Shown: positions 40,402 to 51,948, counted from the stretch's first letter. The stretch: 64,000 bases of DNA from Marinicella sp. (GCA_965230295.1 OZ246001.1:3827502-3891501), one strand, 5' to 3'. A program made the numbers and translations. Notes: generated by a model from the sequence alone, not told the origin.

Positions 40402-41901
40402 ATGACAGTATTCAATCAATTGCTTCAACTCAGAAGTGCACAAGGATCGAAATTGACTCATGGTTTGAGTGATGAGATCATTAAAAAATTCATCGCTACG
40501 GATACGGATTTAGTGGCCGCCATTGAATTGGCCACACAAGAATTCAATCAAATCAAAACAGACTACCCTGAATTGATTGATATGGACGAAGAATCACAAT
40601 TGGCTTTCATTCACAATGATTACATCAATTTTTATGCAGCTGATGCAGTCAACCCGTATGTGGCATTGGCTGGCAAAGGCCCTTGGGTTGTGACACTGAA
40701 AGGTTCAGTTTTACACGACAGCGGCGGTTATGGGATGTTGGGTGCCGGTCATGCCGCTGAACATGTGTTGGCCACCATGGCCAAACCACACGTGATGGCC
40801 AATATCATGACGCCCAGTTATTACCAAAGACGACTGTCAGATTTATTGAAAAAAGAAATCGGTCAAGGTCGAGATGCATGCCCTTTTGTTAAATTCATCT
40901 GTATGAACTCTGGCTCTGAAGCAGTGACTGTGGCTTCCAGAATTTCCGACGTGAATGCCAAAAACCAGACCAGCATCGGTGGTGACAATTATGGTAAAAC
41001 CATCAAGATCATGGCCCTGGAAGGTGCTTTTCATGGACGTACAGATCGTCCAGCACAGTACTCTGACTCCTCTTTGAAATCTTATAAAAAGAACCTGGCT
41101 TCATTCCAAGGCCGAAATAACCTCATCACGGTACCCATCAATGATGTAGAAGCATTGAAACAAGCTTTTGATGATGCAGCCAATAACAATGAATTCATTG
41201 AATCATTCTTCATGGAGCCTGTGATGGGTGAAGGCAATCCTGGCATGGGCATCACACCAGAGTTTTATGCCACCGCCAGGGCATTGACTGAAGAAAGTGG
41301 TACCTTGTTTTTGGTCGACTCTATACAAGCTGGCCTGCGTGCACAAGGTTGCTTGTCTATTTGTGACTATCCTGGCTTTGAAAACTTGCCAGCTCCAGAT
41401 ATGGAAACCTATTCAAAAGCACTGAATGCTGGACACTACCCGCTTTCGGTGTTGGCTTTGAATGAGAAAGCAGCACAATTGTACGTGGTTGGTATTTATG
41501 GCAACACCATGACAGCTAACCCCAAAGCCCTGGATGTTGCACACACCGTGTTGACTCATTTATCTGATGAAACCCGCGAAAACATCCGTGAAAAGGGCAA
41601 ATTATTTGTCACCAAACTCAAAGATCTACAAGCCAGAATGAATGGTGAGATCACCAATGTTCAGGGTACAGGCTTGTTGTTTTCTTGTGAATTAGACCCT
41701 CAATATAAAGCTTATGGCAAAAACAGCATCGAAGAATACCTGCGATACAATGGTTTGGGTGTCATTCATGGTGGAGAAAACTCACTGCGTTTCACCCCGC
41801 ATTTCAACATCACAGAAGCTGAAGTTGATTTAATTGTTGAAGGCGTAGAACAAGCGCTTTTACATGGTCCTAAAGCCAATTCTTTGGATAAAGCCAGCTG
41901 A
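40402..41901 (+). CDS. Class III PLP-dependent aminotransferase
   Basis: NSGSEA, AFHGRT, EPVMGEG, DSIQAG and SKALNAG (PLP lysine) motifs. Confidence 0.88.
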   Translation: MTVFNQLLQLRSAQGSKLTHGLSDEIIKKFIATDTDLVAAIELATQEFNQIKTDYPELIDMDEESQLAFIHNDYINFYAADAVNPYVALAGKGPWVVTLKGSVLHDSGGYGMLGAGHAAEHVLATMAKPHVMANIMTPSYYQRRLSDLLKKEIGQGRDACPFVKFICMNSGSEAVTVASRISDVNAKNQTSIGGDNYGKTIKIMALEGAFHGRTDRPAQYSDSSLKSYKKNLASFQGRNNLITVPINDVEALKQAFDDAANNNEFIESFFMEPVMGEGNPGMGITPEFYATARALTEESGTLFLVDSIQAGLRAQGCLSICDYPGFENLPAPDMETYSKALNAGHYPLSVLALNEKAAQLYVVGIYGNTMTANPKALDVAHTVLTHLSDETRENIREKGKLFVTKLKDLQARMNGEITNVQGTGLLFSCELDPQYKAYGKNSIEEYLRYNGLGVIHGGENSLRFTPHFNITEAEVDLIVEGVEQALLHGPKANSLDKAS

Positions 41902-41925
41902 ATTTAATTCTTATATCGAGTAAAT

Positions 41926-41950
41926 AAAGCCACTGTGTGTGGCTTTTTTT
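41926..41950 (+). terminator. Intrinsic terminator
   Basis: AAAGCCAC-TGTGT-GTGGCTTT plus T run. Confidence 0.7.
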
Positions 41951-41963
41951 AAGGAGTATTTTG

Positions 41964-43373
41964 ATGCAAACGCATTCAATCAAAACATTACTCAATGCTG
42001 CAGAAAGCGGTATTGAAACAGGTTCTACCGTACAAATCAAAGGGTGGATCAGAACCACCAGAGACTCAAAAGGTGGATTTTCATTCTTGGTGGTTCATGA
42101 TGGTTCATGTTTCGATGGTATTCAGGTGGTGGCTAACAATGAATTGGCCAACTATGAAAATGAAGTATTGAAGTTGTTCACTGGCTGTTCTGTGATCGTA
42201 AATGGCCAATTGGTCGAATCTGGTGGTAAAGGCCAATCAGTTGAGATTCATGCCAATGTGGTTGAAGTGGTTGGCTGGGTTGAAAACCCAGACACCTACC
42301 CTGTTCAACCCAAACGACACACCATGGAATTTTTACGTGAGGTCGCCCACTTGCGTCCGCGCACCAACACATTCAGTGCCATGCTCAGAGTGAGAAACAC
42401 CATGGCTCAGGCAGTACACCAGTACTTCAACCAACATGGCTATTTTTGGTTACACACACCCATCATCACAGCCAGTGATTGTGAAGGTGCTGGTGATTTG
42501 TTCAGGGTCTCAACTTTAGACATGATGAACTTACCCAAAGACGACAAAGGTCAGGTTGACTATGCCAAAGATTTCTTTGGAAAAGAAGCCTATTTAACTG
42601 TATCTGGCCAGCTCAACGCAGAAACTTATGCCTGTGCTTTGAGCAAGGTCTATACTTTCGGCCCCACGTTCCGTGCTGAAAATTCTCACACCCAGAGACA
42701 TTTGGCTGAGTTCTGGATGATTGAACCTGAAGTGGCCTTTGCTGACTTGAATGATGCAGCTCAACTGGCTGAAGATTTTTTGAAATTTCTGGTCCAGCAA
42801 GTGTTGGAAAATAACATGGATGACATGAAATTTTTCAATAGTTTTGTAGATAAAACGGCCATCAATCGCTTGGAAGCCTTACTCAAAGACAGCTTTGAAC
42901 GAGTGAATTATGCCGATGCTTTGGACATCCTTAAAGATTCTGGTGAATCATTTGAATACCCGGTTGAGTGGGGGCTGGATTTACAAACAGAACATGAGCG
43001 TTATTTGACCGAAAAACACTTTAAAAAGCCCATTGTCGTGATGAACTATCCAGAAGAAATCAAACCTTTCTACATGCGATTGAATGACGATGGTAAAACC
43101 GTCGCTGCCATGGATGTTTTGGTTCCTGGTGTGGGTGAAATCATGGGTGGTTCTCAGCGTGAAGAACGCTTGGATTACTTGCTGAATCGTATGGAACATC
43201 ATCAATTAGATCCTGAGGAATACAAATGGTACACCGATTTGCGTCGATATGGCACAGTACCCCACTCCGGATTTGGTGCTGGATTTGAGAGGTTGGTCAG
43301 CTATGTCACCGGTTTATCCAATGTCAGGGATGTGATTCCATTCCCAAGAACACCTGGAACTGCGAAATTCTGA
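41964..43373 (+). CDS. asnS: Asparagine--tRNA ligase
   Basis: [31 protein letters not shown] and GFGAGFERL motifs; AAGGAG RBS. Confidence 0.96.
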   Translation: MQTHSIKTLLNAAESGIETGSTVQIKGWIRTTRDSKGGFSFLVVHDGSCFDGIQVVANNELANYENEVLKLFTGCSVIVNGQLVESGGKGQSVEIHANVVEVVGWVENPDTYPVQPKRHTMEFLREVAHLRPRTNTFSAMLRVRNTMAQAVHQYFNQHGYFWLHTPIITASDCEGAGDLFRVSTLDMMNLPKDDKGQVDYAKDFFGKEAYLTVSGQLNAETYACALSKVYTFGPTFRAENSHTQRHLAEFWMIEPEVAFADLNDAAQLAEDFLKFLVQQVLENNMDDMKFFNSFVDKTAINRLEALLKDSFERVNYADALDILKDSGESFEYPVEWGLDLQTEHERYLTEKHFKKPIVVMNYPEEIKPFYMRLNDDGKTVAAMDVLVPGVGEIMGGSQREERLDYLLNRMEHHQLDPEEYKWYTDLRRYGTVPHSGFGAGFERLVSYVTGLSNVRDVIPFPRTPGTAKF

Positions 43374-43396
43374 TTTTAGACCCATGAATCCTGTCT

Positions 43397-43421
43397 AAGG
43401 GCGAGCTGATCGCCCTTTTTT
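43397..43421 (+). terminator. Intrinsic terminator
   Basis: AAGGGCGA-GCTGA-TCGCCCTT plus T run. Confidence 0.8.
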
Positions 43422-43512
43422 ATGAGGCGTTTTAAACCGATTTATAATTCCTTAGGTTAAATACTCTATTCACTGCATCTATAATGGCGATAAATTAAAT
43501 CACTGCTTAAAC

Positions 43513-44313
43513 ATGCAAACCATTGAAGAATTCTTTGCCAACTTGTGGCAACAATACACAGCCATCAATCCACAGGCACGTGCCATTCATTCTTTATTAG
43601 AAAAACGTGGTGAAAAGGTGGTTAACGATCATGTGGCATTAAGAACATTCAACACGGAAAAGTTGGGTATAGATAGGCTGGCAACGATCTTTGAGGACAT
43701 GGGTTATGAAAATCGTGGCCAATATGATTTCACTGCCAAACAATTAAACGCCTACCATTTTGAACACAAGAACAATCCCAATCATCCAAAAATATTCATC
43801 AGTGAATTGATCACTGAATCATTTTCTGATGATTTACAAGACATCATAAAACGTTTGGATGATGAAGTGGCCCCGGATGAAGTTTTTGAACCCGATTTTT
43901 TGTACACTGGCAGACCCTGGAATTTGAGTTTCACTGAATACATCCAATTGTTGCAAGAAAGTGAGTACGCCGCATGGACAGCAGCTTTCGGATACCGTGC
44001 CAATCATTTCACTGTTTCAATCAATCATTTGAACACTTTTTTTGACATCGAATCTTTGAATCAGTTTATTTTAGATAATGGCTTTGCCATGAATGAATCG
44101 GGCGGATTAATCAAAGGCTCAGCAGAACAGCTATTGGAACAGTCTTCAACCATGGCACCGATGGTGAATCTAGAATTCAGTGATGTCAATCATTTGGTAC
44201 CAAGTTGTTTTTATGAGTTTGCTAAACGTTACCCCACTGAGTCTGGTCAGCTATACCAAGGATTCATTGCGGCATCGGCTGATAAAATTTTCGAAAGCAC
44301 AAACACCCAATAA
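43513..44313 (+). CDS. DUF1338 family protein (2-oxoadipate dioxygenase/decarboxylase-like)
   Basis: NDHVALRTF, ESEYAAW, NHFTVSIN and YEFAKRY motifs. Confidence 0.85.
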   Translation: MQTIEEFFANLWQQYTAINPQARAIHSLLEKRGEKVVNDHVALRTFNTEKLGIDRLATIFEDMGYENRGQYDFTAKQLNAYHFEHKNNPNHPKIFISELITESFSDDLQDIIKRLDDEVAPDEVFEPDFLYTGRPWNLSFTEYIQLLQESEYAAWTAAFGYRANHFTVSINHLNTFFDIESLNQFILDNGFAMNESGGLIKGSAEQLLEQSSTMAPMVNLEFSDVNHLVPSCFYEFAKRYPTESGQLYQGFIAASADKIFESTNTQ

Positions 44314-44322
44314 TTTAAATCA

Positions 44323-45546
44323 TTACCCGGCTTGGCCATCAACCCTCGGCAACCACCAAATCGGTAGATAACGGCTGATGAACAAGCCAAAACCTAAGAC
44401 CCAAAATACCACAGACATGGTTAAGGTCCATTGGTAAGGTATCAGGTTGACCACTGGAACCAAAACCCGAGACAAGGTTGCAAACACCAGTGCCAAGAAA
44501 CTCCAAAACAAGACTTTGGGCGGTTGTTTCAAATCACGGCCCGTGTGCCCAAAACTGACCCGAGCCATCATTCCCACAGTGATCAGAGAAAACCCTCCAA
44601 TGGTTAAAAAATGTAAGGCCAAGTAATGAAAAGATTCATATACAACCGAACAAGCCAGAGACAGGAAACCTAAAACCATGAAGGCATAGCCTACATGCAG
44701 CACCCAAACCAAAGGCTTCTGCCAAATTTGCTTGTCGTACCAACCCAACAATCGCCAACCATGAAGCAATGCATTCACTAGAGCCAACGACAAGATAGGC
44801 CAGAACGACCAATTTTGATGCCTGAAAAAAGTCAGAAAGATAACCAATAATGAGTAAAATATAGGCCAGCTCAGTTCAATCCATGAATAGGTTCTGGCAT
44901 GGTACCTAACTGTCACACCATTTTGACTGAACATGGGAAAAACCCGTCCTGCCATGACACCAATTAATAAAATGATGGTAAATAAGGCCAATTGAGTGGC
45001 TTGTAACGCTTGCAAAGGGTGTTTCAACAACAAAGCCAAATGAGTCAATACATTCAAGCCCGTCAGGATTCCAATCACGCCAATCATTTTGTAATTGCGG
45101 CGGTTGTTATTTTGAATCAAGGGTTTGGCCACGTAGTAAACCAAAAAAAGTCCAAATAAATTGTCAGTTAAGGCCATTAGCCAGGGTGGCACTTCAGGAA
45201 TAAATGAACCCAATCGACCCAATAACCACAAGCCTACCAACAGCTTCAGGTGCCCCATTTGTGCAGTTTGAATGCCAGTCCAGTTCTTGATGGCCGTTAA
45301 CAAAAATCCGGCAACCACAGCCAAACCATAACCAAACACCATTTCATGAACATGCCACAATGTCAGCCCATAATAACTGAGACCTGGCAAATGCCACCCT
45401 TGCCTGATCATCAACCACAGCGGCATCACGATCAATGCATAAATGCAGGCGAAACAAAAAAATGGCCTGAAACCTGTGTGCCAGAAAGATTGATTGGGTC
45501 GCGTTTTTGGGTCAGTGTGTTGCACTTGCTTCAGCTGTATCTTCAT
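44323..45546 (-). CDS. nnrS: NnrS family membrane protein
   Basis: GFRPFF, WHVHEMVFGY, GFLLTA and RVSFGHTGR motifs. Confidence 0.92.
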   Translation of the reverse strand: MKIQLKQVQHTDPKTRPNQSFWHTGFRPFFCFACIYALIVMPLWLMIRQGWHLPGLSYYGLTLWHVHEMVFGYGLAVVAGFLLTAIKNWTGIQTAQMGHLKLLVGLWLLGRLGSFIPEVPPWLMALTDNLFGLFLVYYVAKPLIQNNNRRNYKMIGVIGILTGLNVLTHLALLLKHPLQALQATQLALFTIILLIGVMAGRVFPMFSQNGVTVRYHARTYSWIELSWPIFYSLLVIFLTFFRHQNWSFWPILSLALVNALLHGWRLLGWYDKQIWQKPLVWVLHVGYAFMVLGFLSLACSVVYESFHYLALHFLTIGGFSLITVGMMARVSFGHTGRDLKQPPKVLFWSFLALVFATLSRVLVPVVNLIPYQWTLTMSVVFWVLGFGLFISRYLPIWWLPRVDGQAG

Positions 45547-45580
45547 ACAGCTAATTTATGTTGAATAATTCTCATCAGCA

Positions 45581-45594
45581 TTGATCCAGGTCAA
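45581..45594. promoter_or_regulatory. FNR/DNR/NnrR-type box upstream of nnrS
   Basis: TTGAT-CCAG-GTCAA, 35 bp upstream of the start. Confidence 0.65.
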
Positions 45595-45683
45595 TTACCT
45601 TGTGCCAAACATGAAAAACCCATCACTTTGAATGAAATGACGGGTTTAAATTGACTGCATCAACAAACAATCGGCGATTGCTA

Positions 45684-47354
45684 TTAACTGGCATCTTGTT
45701 CCTGTTTGGCCCAGGAATCACGCATGGTCACCACTTGATTGAACACCGGTTTGTCCAGTTCATGTGTTTTATCTCTTTTAAAATAAGCGTTGCGTTCAAA
45801 CTGATAGACCACATCTTCATCATTCTCCACGATTCCAGGTTCTAGTAAAGCACCTGGGAGAATCTCTAAGGAAGCAGGGTTCACAGCATCCATGAAGTTT
45901 TCCATAGAAGCTGGCTTGGGGTGATTGAACAAGCGGTCATATAGACGCACCTCAATGGGTTCTGCATGAGCTGCTGAAATCCAATGGATGGTGCCTTTGA
46001 CTTTGCGTCCATCGGCGGTGCCACCTCTGCTTTCGGGGTCATAGGTACAGCGCAATTCAACCACATTGCCTGCTTCATCTTTGATGGCTTGTTGGCAGGT
46101 GATGTAATAAGCATGACGAAGACGCACTTCCCTACCCTCAGTGAGTCTGAAGAATTTGCGGTTGGCGTTTTCTTTGTAATCACTTTGCTCAACATAGATT
46201 TCACGGCTGAAAGGTATTTCCCGAGAACCAAAACTTTTATCCTGTGGATGATTGGCACCCGTTAACATTTCTACTTGACCTTCTGGATAATTTTCAATCA
46301 CCACTTTCAATGGTTTCATCACACCCATGACTCGCGGTGCTGATTTATTCAGGTGATTCCTGATCACATCTTCCAACACGGTCATAGATATGACGGACTC
46401 TTTTTTACTGACACCCACCTGTTTGACAAAATCCCTGATCGCAGCGGCAGGATAACCTCGGCGTCTTAAGCCAGAAATGGTCGACATCCTTGGATCATCC
46501 CAGCCATCAACCACGCCATCTTGAACCAATTGATTCAAACGACGCTTTGAGGTCACCGTATAAGAAACATTCAAGCGAGAAAACTCTATTTGCTGTGGGT
46601 GACAGTCAATATCAATGTTATCCAGCACCCAATCATACAAGGGCCTGTGGTCTTCAAATTCAAGTGTACACAACGAGTGGGTGATGCCTTCAATCGCATC
46701 AGAAATGCAATGGGTGAAATCATACATCGGATAGATACACCATTCATCACCCGTGTTGATGTGGTGTAAACGCCTGATGCGGTAAATCACAGGATCACGC
46801 ATGTTGATGTTACCTGATTGCATGTCTATTTTTGCACGCAATACTTTCGCACCGTCAGCAAACTCACCTGACTTCATGGCTCTGAATAAACTCAGGTTTT
46901 CATCAACAGATCGATCTCGGTAAGGGCTGTTCACTCCTGGTCGATTGAAATCGCCCCTGGCTTCACGCATTTCCTCAGCTGTTTGGTCATCAACATAAGC
47001 CAACCCTTTTTCTATCAACTGTTCAGCATAGCCATACAGTTGGCCAAAATAGTCTGAGGCATGGAATTTATTGGTTTTCCAATCGAAACCCAACCACTTG
47101 ATGTCTCGCTGAATGGCTTCGGCATATTCCTTGCTTTCTTTTTCCGGGTTGGTGTCATCAAAACGCAAATGACAAGTACCCTGATAATCGGCAGCCACTC
47201 CAAAATTCAAACAAATTGACTTGGCATGGCCAATGTGTAAGTAACCATTAGGCTCAGGTGGGAAACGGGTGATGACCTTGTCATGTTTTTTGGTTTCCAA
47301 ATCTTCATCAATGATGTTGGTGATGAAGTTTTCAGTTACGTTTCTTTCTGTCAT
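45684..47354 (-). CDS. glnS: Glutamine--tRNA ligase
   Basis: [15 protein letters not shown] and TSKR motifs. Confidence 0.97.
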   Translation of the reverse strand: MTERNVTENFITNIIDEDLETKKHDKVITRFPPEPNGYLHIGHAKSICLNFGVAADYQGTCHLRFDDTNPEKESKEYAEAIQRDIKWLGFDWKTNKFHASDYFGQLYGYAEQLIEKGLAYVDDQTAEEMREARGDFNRPGVNSPYRDRSVDENLSLFRAMKSGEFADGAKVLRAKIDMQSGNINMRDPVIYRIRRLHHINTGDEWCIYPMYDFTHCISDAIEGITHSLCTLEFEDHRPLYDWVLDNIDIDCHPQQIEFSRLNVSYTVTSKRRLNQLVQDGVVDGWDDPRMSTISGLRRRGYPAAAIRDFVKQVGVSKKESVISMTVLEDVIRNHLNKSAPRVMGVMKPLKVVIENYPEGQVEMLTGANHPQDKSFGSREIPFSREIYVEQSDYKENANRKFFRLTEGREVRLRHAYYITCQQAIKDEAGNVVELRCTYDPESRGGTADGRKVKGTIHWISAAHAEPIEVRLYDRLFNHPKPASMENFMDAVNPASLEILPGALLEPGIVENDEDVVYQFERNAYFKRDKTHELDKPVFNQVVTMRDSWAKQEQDAS

Positions 47355-47501
47355 TTAAACTTCTGATTGTGTGATTAATGTAAGCGGTGTATTTTGACAG
47401 CAAAGTGATTAAAAATCGAGTCTGATTTCAAGCTATTCAATGAAACTCGGGCGAACCTGGTTTAAACTAATATGACAATAATTTTAAAAAGAGGAAATTA
47501 C

Positions 47502-50462
47502 ATGAAATCAAGAATAATAGTTTGCTTGTGTAGTGTCTTGATGTTGATGACAGCAGTCGCTGATGATGGTCAAGAACAACCCGCTGTTCAAGTAAACCCA
47601 CTTACCCCACAAATTAAAACGGTCCACAAGTTTGACATCTCATTGCCATTGAGAATGATGACACCAAAACCCATTGTTGCTCAAGATAAACGTGGTGGAT
47701 CAATGGTTGATTTTGGTCCAATCAGTAATGATGGTGATGCACCCTTCGTTCCTGACCAGGCATTGCAAAGTGAATTAGGACAACAACCAGGCCCGGTCTA
47801 TCAAAACGACTTTTTTGCTTTGGATAATATTTCTGGAGTTTCACCACCGGATCCAGCTGGAGATGTTGGCCCTAACCATTATGTGGCCATGACCAATTTA
47901 TCGTTTGTTGTGCTGGATAAGACCGGAGTCGTTCAATTTGGTCCAGCTGCTAATAACACAGTATGGACTGGCTTTGGTGGTGCCTGTGAAACTGAAAATT
48001 CAGGAGACCCCATCGTGTTGTATGATCAAATCTCGGACCGTTGGTTGTTGTCTCAATTTACCTCGGCTGGTCCGCAATACTTTAACTGTGTGGCAGTATC
48101 ACAAACCGCCGACCCCACTGGTGCATATTACAGGTGGGCCATCCTTAACAACAATGGCCCAGGCAATGGTAACCAAGACTTGTTCCCTGACTACCCTAAA
48201 TACGGTGTATGGAGTGATGCTTTTTATATCTCTACTCGGGACTTTGATCGCAACGGTTCCGGTGCCTATGTCGGCGTGGGCGTTTACGCTTTGAATCGTG
48301 ATGATTTAGTCAATGGTGTCCCTAATCCCACCACAATTTACTTCTTCGTTGACCGCTCCAGTGACCCTTGGCAAGTGGGTGATGGCTTGTTACCAGCAGA
48401 TATAGATGGGCCTACTCTACCCCCTCTTGGATCACCACAGTTTTTTGTTGGTACCATGGATGATGGTGGTCCGTATGGTGCCGCCAGTGATGCCATTTCG
48501 TTCTGGGAGTTTGATGCCGATTTTATCACGCCTGCCAACTCGTCATTTACCAGGACTGCAGTCATTCCAATGACGGCATATGATACCCAATTCCCATGTG
48601 GTGGCAGCAGGGCATGTATCGATCAACTGGGCACCAGCAATAAAATCGATATCCAGTCTTATCGCCAACGCCCATTACACCGATTGGCCTATAGAAATTT
48701 TGGCACCCATGAATCGTTGGTTACCAATCAATCAGTGGAAGCTGCTGCCGGTATTGGCGGCATTCGTTGGTGGGAAATTCGAGATCCAGATAATTCACCC
48801 AACATTTTCCAGGAAGGCACTTATGGACCTGGTGCCACCGATGGAATCAGTCGCTGGATGGGTTCAATAGCCCAAGATGCAGAAGGAAATATGGGGTTAG
48901 CCTACAGTGCATCCAGCTCAACCATCAATCCTGCCATCAGATTTACCGGACGCTTGGCTTCTGACAACTTGGGTGAAATGGATCGGACAGAAGGCACCAT
49001 CATAAATGGTACGGGTAGCCAAACCAACAGCCAAAGATGGGGTGACTACACTTCAACCAATATTGACCCAGTTGACGACTGCACATTCTGGCATGTCAAT
49101 GAATACTATGATAATAATGGCGGTGATTGGCAAATCCGTGTGGGCTCATTTAAGTTTGATGAGTGTGGTGTTCCAGGATTTCTCTTAACACCAGTGGATC
49201 CATCAAAAGCCATTTGTGTCGGTGACGATACTTCATATGATATCAATGTCGGTTCAGTTGGCCAATACGATGGTGTTGTCACACTCAGCACGACGGGCGA
49301 GCCAGCTTCATCAACGGCTACATTCACCACCAACCCAGTACCTTCCTTACCTGGCAGTACAACCTTAAATATCACCAACACAGCCGCTGTTTCAAGCGGC
49401 GATTACATCATCAATGTATTGGGCACTTCCCCTACTGTTGATAATCAAAACACTGATTTGATGCTGAAAGTGTTTGCCACAACGCCAACGGCACCGGGAT
49501 TAGTTGCTCCAGCTGATGGCGCCATTAATCAGGACATCCAACCCAGCTTTAACTGGAGTGGCAGTGACACATTGGAATATACAGTGGAAGTGGCCACAGA
49601 CCCAGGATTTTCGAACATTGTCTTTTCAGACACCACAACAGGAACCACCATAGTACCCACCATTGAATTAGAAAATGCTACGGACTATTATTGGCGTGTA
49701 AGAGCTAACAACACTTGTGGTGATAGCACAAATTCTGATGTCTATACCTTTTCAACAATAATTGCACCTGGCGATTGTGCAGTCGATCAAGTAGCTGTTG
49801 AGCAATATGCCTACGGTTTCGAACAAGGCATTCTAGACTGGACTACTGAGAGTCTAGTGGCAGGTCCAGATGTTTGGGCCCCCAGCAGTGTCAATGTGGG
49901 ATCTGGAAACACTTCCATGCTGGCAGTAGACATTTCCACAGTCACTGATCAAGTGCTGATCTCACCGCCCATTCAGTTACCAACGGATGAATTTCCAATT
50001 TCATTGTCATTCTGGAATTTTCAAAATATCGAAGCCAACGATGGGACTGGTAGCCAAGCCTGTTGGGATGGTGGCATCCTCGAAATCAGTACCGATGGCG
50101 GTTCATCATTCAATCAAGTGCTCAGCGATTTGATTCTGACAGACCCATACAACGGTGGTGTGGTTTCTGGTCCCAACCCATTGTCTTCACTCAATGCATG
50201 GTGTGCAGATGACATCGTACCAAGTACAGGCAATCAAGAGGATACGGTCACTGTCGATTTGAATGACTTTGCAGGTGAGACCGTACAATTCAGGTTCCGT
50301 TTAGGCACAGATGCCTTTGTAGGAGATGAAGGTTGGTATATTGATGATGTGCGTGTTCAAAGCTGTGTTCCAGATTTACCACCAGTCTGTGATCAAGCAC
50401 CACCATCCAATGATCCAGATGTAATATGGTTCAATGGGTTTCAGTGTGTAGCCGATAACTGA
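47502..50462 (+). CDS. Large secreted multidomain protein (beta-rich N-domain, FN3-like and lectin-like C-domains)
   Basis: GAGG RBS; signal peptide; PPDPAGDVGPNHYV, DYPKYGVW and RWGDY motifs; ends DVIWFNGFQCVADN. Confidence 0.8.
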   Translation: MKSRIIVCLCSVLMLMTAVADDGQEQPAVQVNPLTPQIKTVHKFDISLPLRMMTPKPIVAQDKRGGSMVDFGPISNDGDAPFVPDQALQSELGQQPGPVYQNDFFALDNISGVSPPDPAGDVGPNHYVAMTNLSFVVLDKTGVVQFGPAANNTVWTGFGGACETENSGDPIVLYDQISDRWLLSQFTSAGPQYFNCVAVSQTADPTGAYYRWAILNNNGPGNGNQDLFPDYPKYGVWSDAFYISTRDFDRNGSGAYVGVGVYALNRDDLVNGVPNPTTIYFFVDRSSDPWQVGDGLLPADIDGPTLPPLGSPQFFVGTMDDGGPYGAASDAISFWEFDADFITPANSSFTRTAVIPMTAYDTQFPCGGSRACIDQLGTSNKIDIQSYRQRPLHRLAYRNFGTHESLVTNQSVEAAAGIGGIRWWEIRDPDNSPNIFQEGTYGPGATDGISRWMGSIAQDAEGNMGLAYSASSSTINPAIRFTGRLASDNLGEMDRTEGTIINGTGSQTNSQRWGDYTSTNIDPVDDCTFWHVNEYYDNNGGDWQIRVGSFKFDECGVPGFLLTPVDPSKAICVGDDTSYDINVGSVGQYDGVVTLSTTGEPASSTATFTTNPVPSLPGSTTLNITNTAAVSSGDYIINVLGTSPTVDNQNTDLMLKVFATTPTAPGLVAPADGAINQDIQPSFNWSGSDTLEYTVEVATDPGFSNIVFSDTTTGTTIVPTIELENATDYYWRVRANNTCGDSTNSDVYTFSTIIAPGDCAVDQVAVEQYAYGFEQGILDWTTESLVAGPDVWAPSSVNVGSGNTSMLAVDISTVTDQVLISPPIQLPTDEFPISLSFWNFQNIEANDGTGSQACWDGGILEISTDGGSSFNQVLSDLILTDPYNGGVVSGPNPLSSLNAWCADDIVPSTGNQEDTVTVDLNDFAGETVQFRFRLGTDAFVGDEGWYIDDVRVQSCVPDLPPVCDQAPPSNDPDVIWFNGFQCVADN

Positions 50463-50484
50463 ATAAATCAGTCATTGTAGAATC

Positions 50485-50516
50485 AAGGCCCTTGACAATA
50501 TCAAGGGCCTTTTTTT
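50485..50516. terminator. Intrinsic terminator
   Basis: AAGGCCCTTGA-CAATA-TCAAGGGCCTT plus T run. Confidence 0.85.
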
Positions 50517-50530
50517 AACATCTAAAAATA

Positions 50531-51313
50531 TTAAATGCTGAATAACTGACGATCCTCTAGTCGCATGGCTGTCAACTGACCACCCCAAACTTTACCCGTA
50601 TCTAAACAGGTAACACGTTGGTCTTGATAGAATCCCAGTGCCGACCAGTGACCAAAAATGATGTGTTGTTTTAATTGTTTTACGGGTGCCATTTCGAACC
50701 AAGGTTTGAGGTATTTCATTTTTGATTGGCGGCGGTTTTGAGTGAAATTCAATGAGCCATCTGCTTTGACAAATCGCATGCGGGTACTGGCATTGATCAC
50801 AAACCTTGATTTGGCTACCTTATCTAAATCTTCAGACCACCTCTTAGGTGTGTTGCCATACATGGTAGCGAAAAACCATTTTGGATTTTCTAATAAATGT
50901 TGTTGGGTTTTATCGGCCAATTCTTTAAACTGTTCAACCGTCCACCACGGGAACAAACCTGCGTGGACGATCATGTCATTGCCACTTTCCAAATACAAGG
51001 GCCTGTTCAACAACCAACTGATTAACAAAGTTACATCTGATGCTTGAAAGATGGCCTTGAATTCAGCATTGGAGACTTTTTTAGCAGTAAAATATTTGCT
51101 CAACATACTTAAGTCATGGTTGCCTAAAACAGCATCGCAACAATGCTGGTATGCATAAATCCAGCGCAAGACATCCAATGATTGTCCACCTCTATTCACC
51201 AAATCACCACAAAAAATAATTTTATCCCTGCTGGGATCAAATGAGATGGTTTTGACCAGTTGCATCAAAGGGTCGAAACAACCCTGTACATCGCCTACGA
51301 CATAAGTCGCCAT
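50531..51313 (-). CDS. apaH: Symmetrical bis(5'-nucleosyl)-tetraphosphatase
   Basis: GDVQGC, GDLVNRG, GNHDL, FGHWSALG and DTGKVWGG motifs. Confidence 0.92.
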   Translation of the reverse strand: MATYVVGDVQGCFDPLMQLVKTISFDPSRDKIIFCGDLVNRGGQSLDVLRWIYAYQHCCDAVLGNHDLSMLSKYFTAKKVSNAEFKAIFQASDVTLLISWLLNRPLYLESGNDMIVHAGLFPWWTVEQFKELADKTQQHLLENPKWFFATMYGNTPKRWSEDLDKVAKSRFVINASTRMRFVKADGSLNFTQNRRQSKMKYLKPWFEMAPVKQLKQHIIFGHWSALGFYQDQRVTCLDTGKVWGGQLTAMRLEDRQLFSI

Positions 51314-51318
51314 GTCAA

Positions 51319-51948
51319 TCAAACCCCATAAGTATTTCTATAAGCAGCCACTTTCGTCAAATTCTCAGTGTCGCCTTTGAGGTATTCAAACAAAGCATTC
51401 AAGTCAGCAATGCTGATTCTTGACAGGCCATGATCTTCTTGTAATTCTTGCATGGCAGACAACTCACCTTGCCCTCTTTCCTGACGATCCAATGCCACTG
51501 CTATGCCCACAGTATGCGCTCCTTCATTATTTATGATGTCGATCGACTCTCGCACGGAGGTACCAGCTGAGACCACATCATCAACGATCAGCACACGTCC
51601 CTGAACAGGCGCACCAATGAGTTGTCCTCCTTCACCATGTGACTTGGCTTCTTTGCGATTGAAAGCAACGGGTAAATTTTCAGCATACAAACGATACCAA
51701 GCTACAGCAATGGTGGTGGCCAATGGGATGCCTTTGTAAGCCGGACCATAGAGCATGTCGAACTGTAAACCTGAAGCTTTGATGGTTTTGGCATAAAACT
51801 CTCCCAGTAATGCCAAAGACTGACCATCGTCGAACAGTCCCGCATTAAAAAAGTAAGGGCTGATGCGGCCAGATTTAAGGGTGAACTCACCAAACTTGAG
51901 TACCTGCTTGTTCACAGCTAAGGCTAAAAATTCTTGTGCAATGCTCAT
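51319..51948 (-). CDS. pyrE: Orotate phosphoribosyltransferase
   Basis: [31 protein letters not shown] and VDDVVSAG motifs. Confidence 0.96.
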   Translation of the reverse strand: MSIAQEFLALAVNKQVLKFGEFTLKSGRISPYFFNAGLFDDGQSLALLGEFYAKTIKASGLQFDMLYGPAYKGIPLATTIAVAWYRLYAENLPVAFNRKEAKSHGEGGQLIGAPVQGRVLIVDDVVSAGTSVRESIDIINNEGAHTVGIAVALDRQERGQGELSAMQELQEDHGLSRISIADLNALFEYLKGDTENLTKVAAYRNTYGV

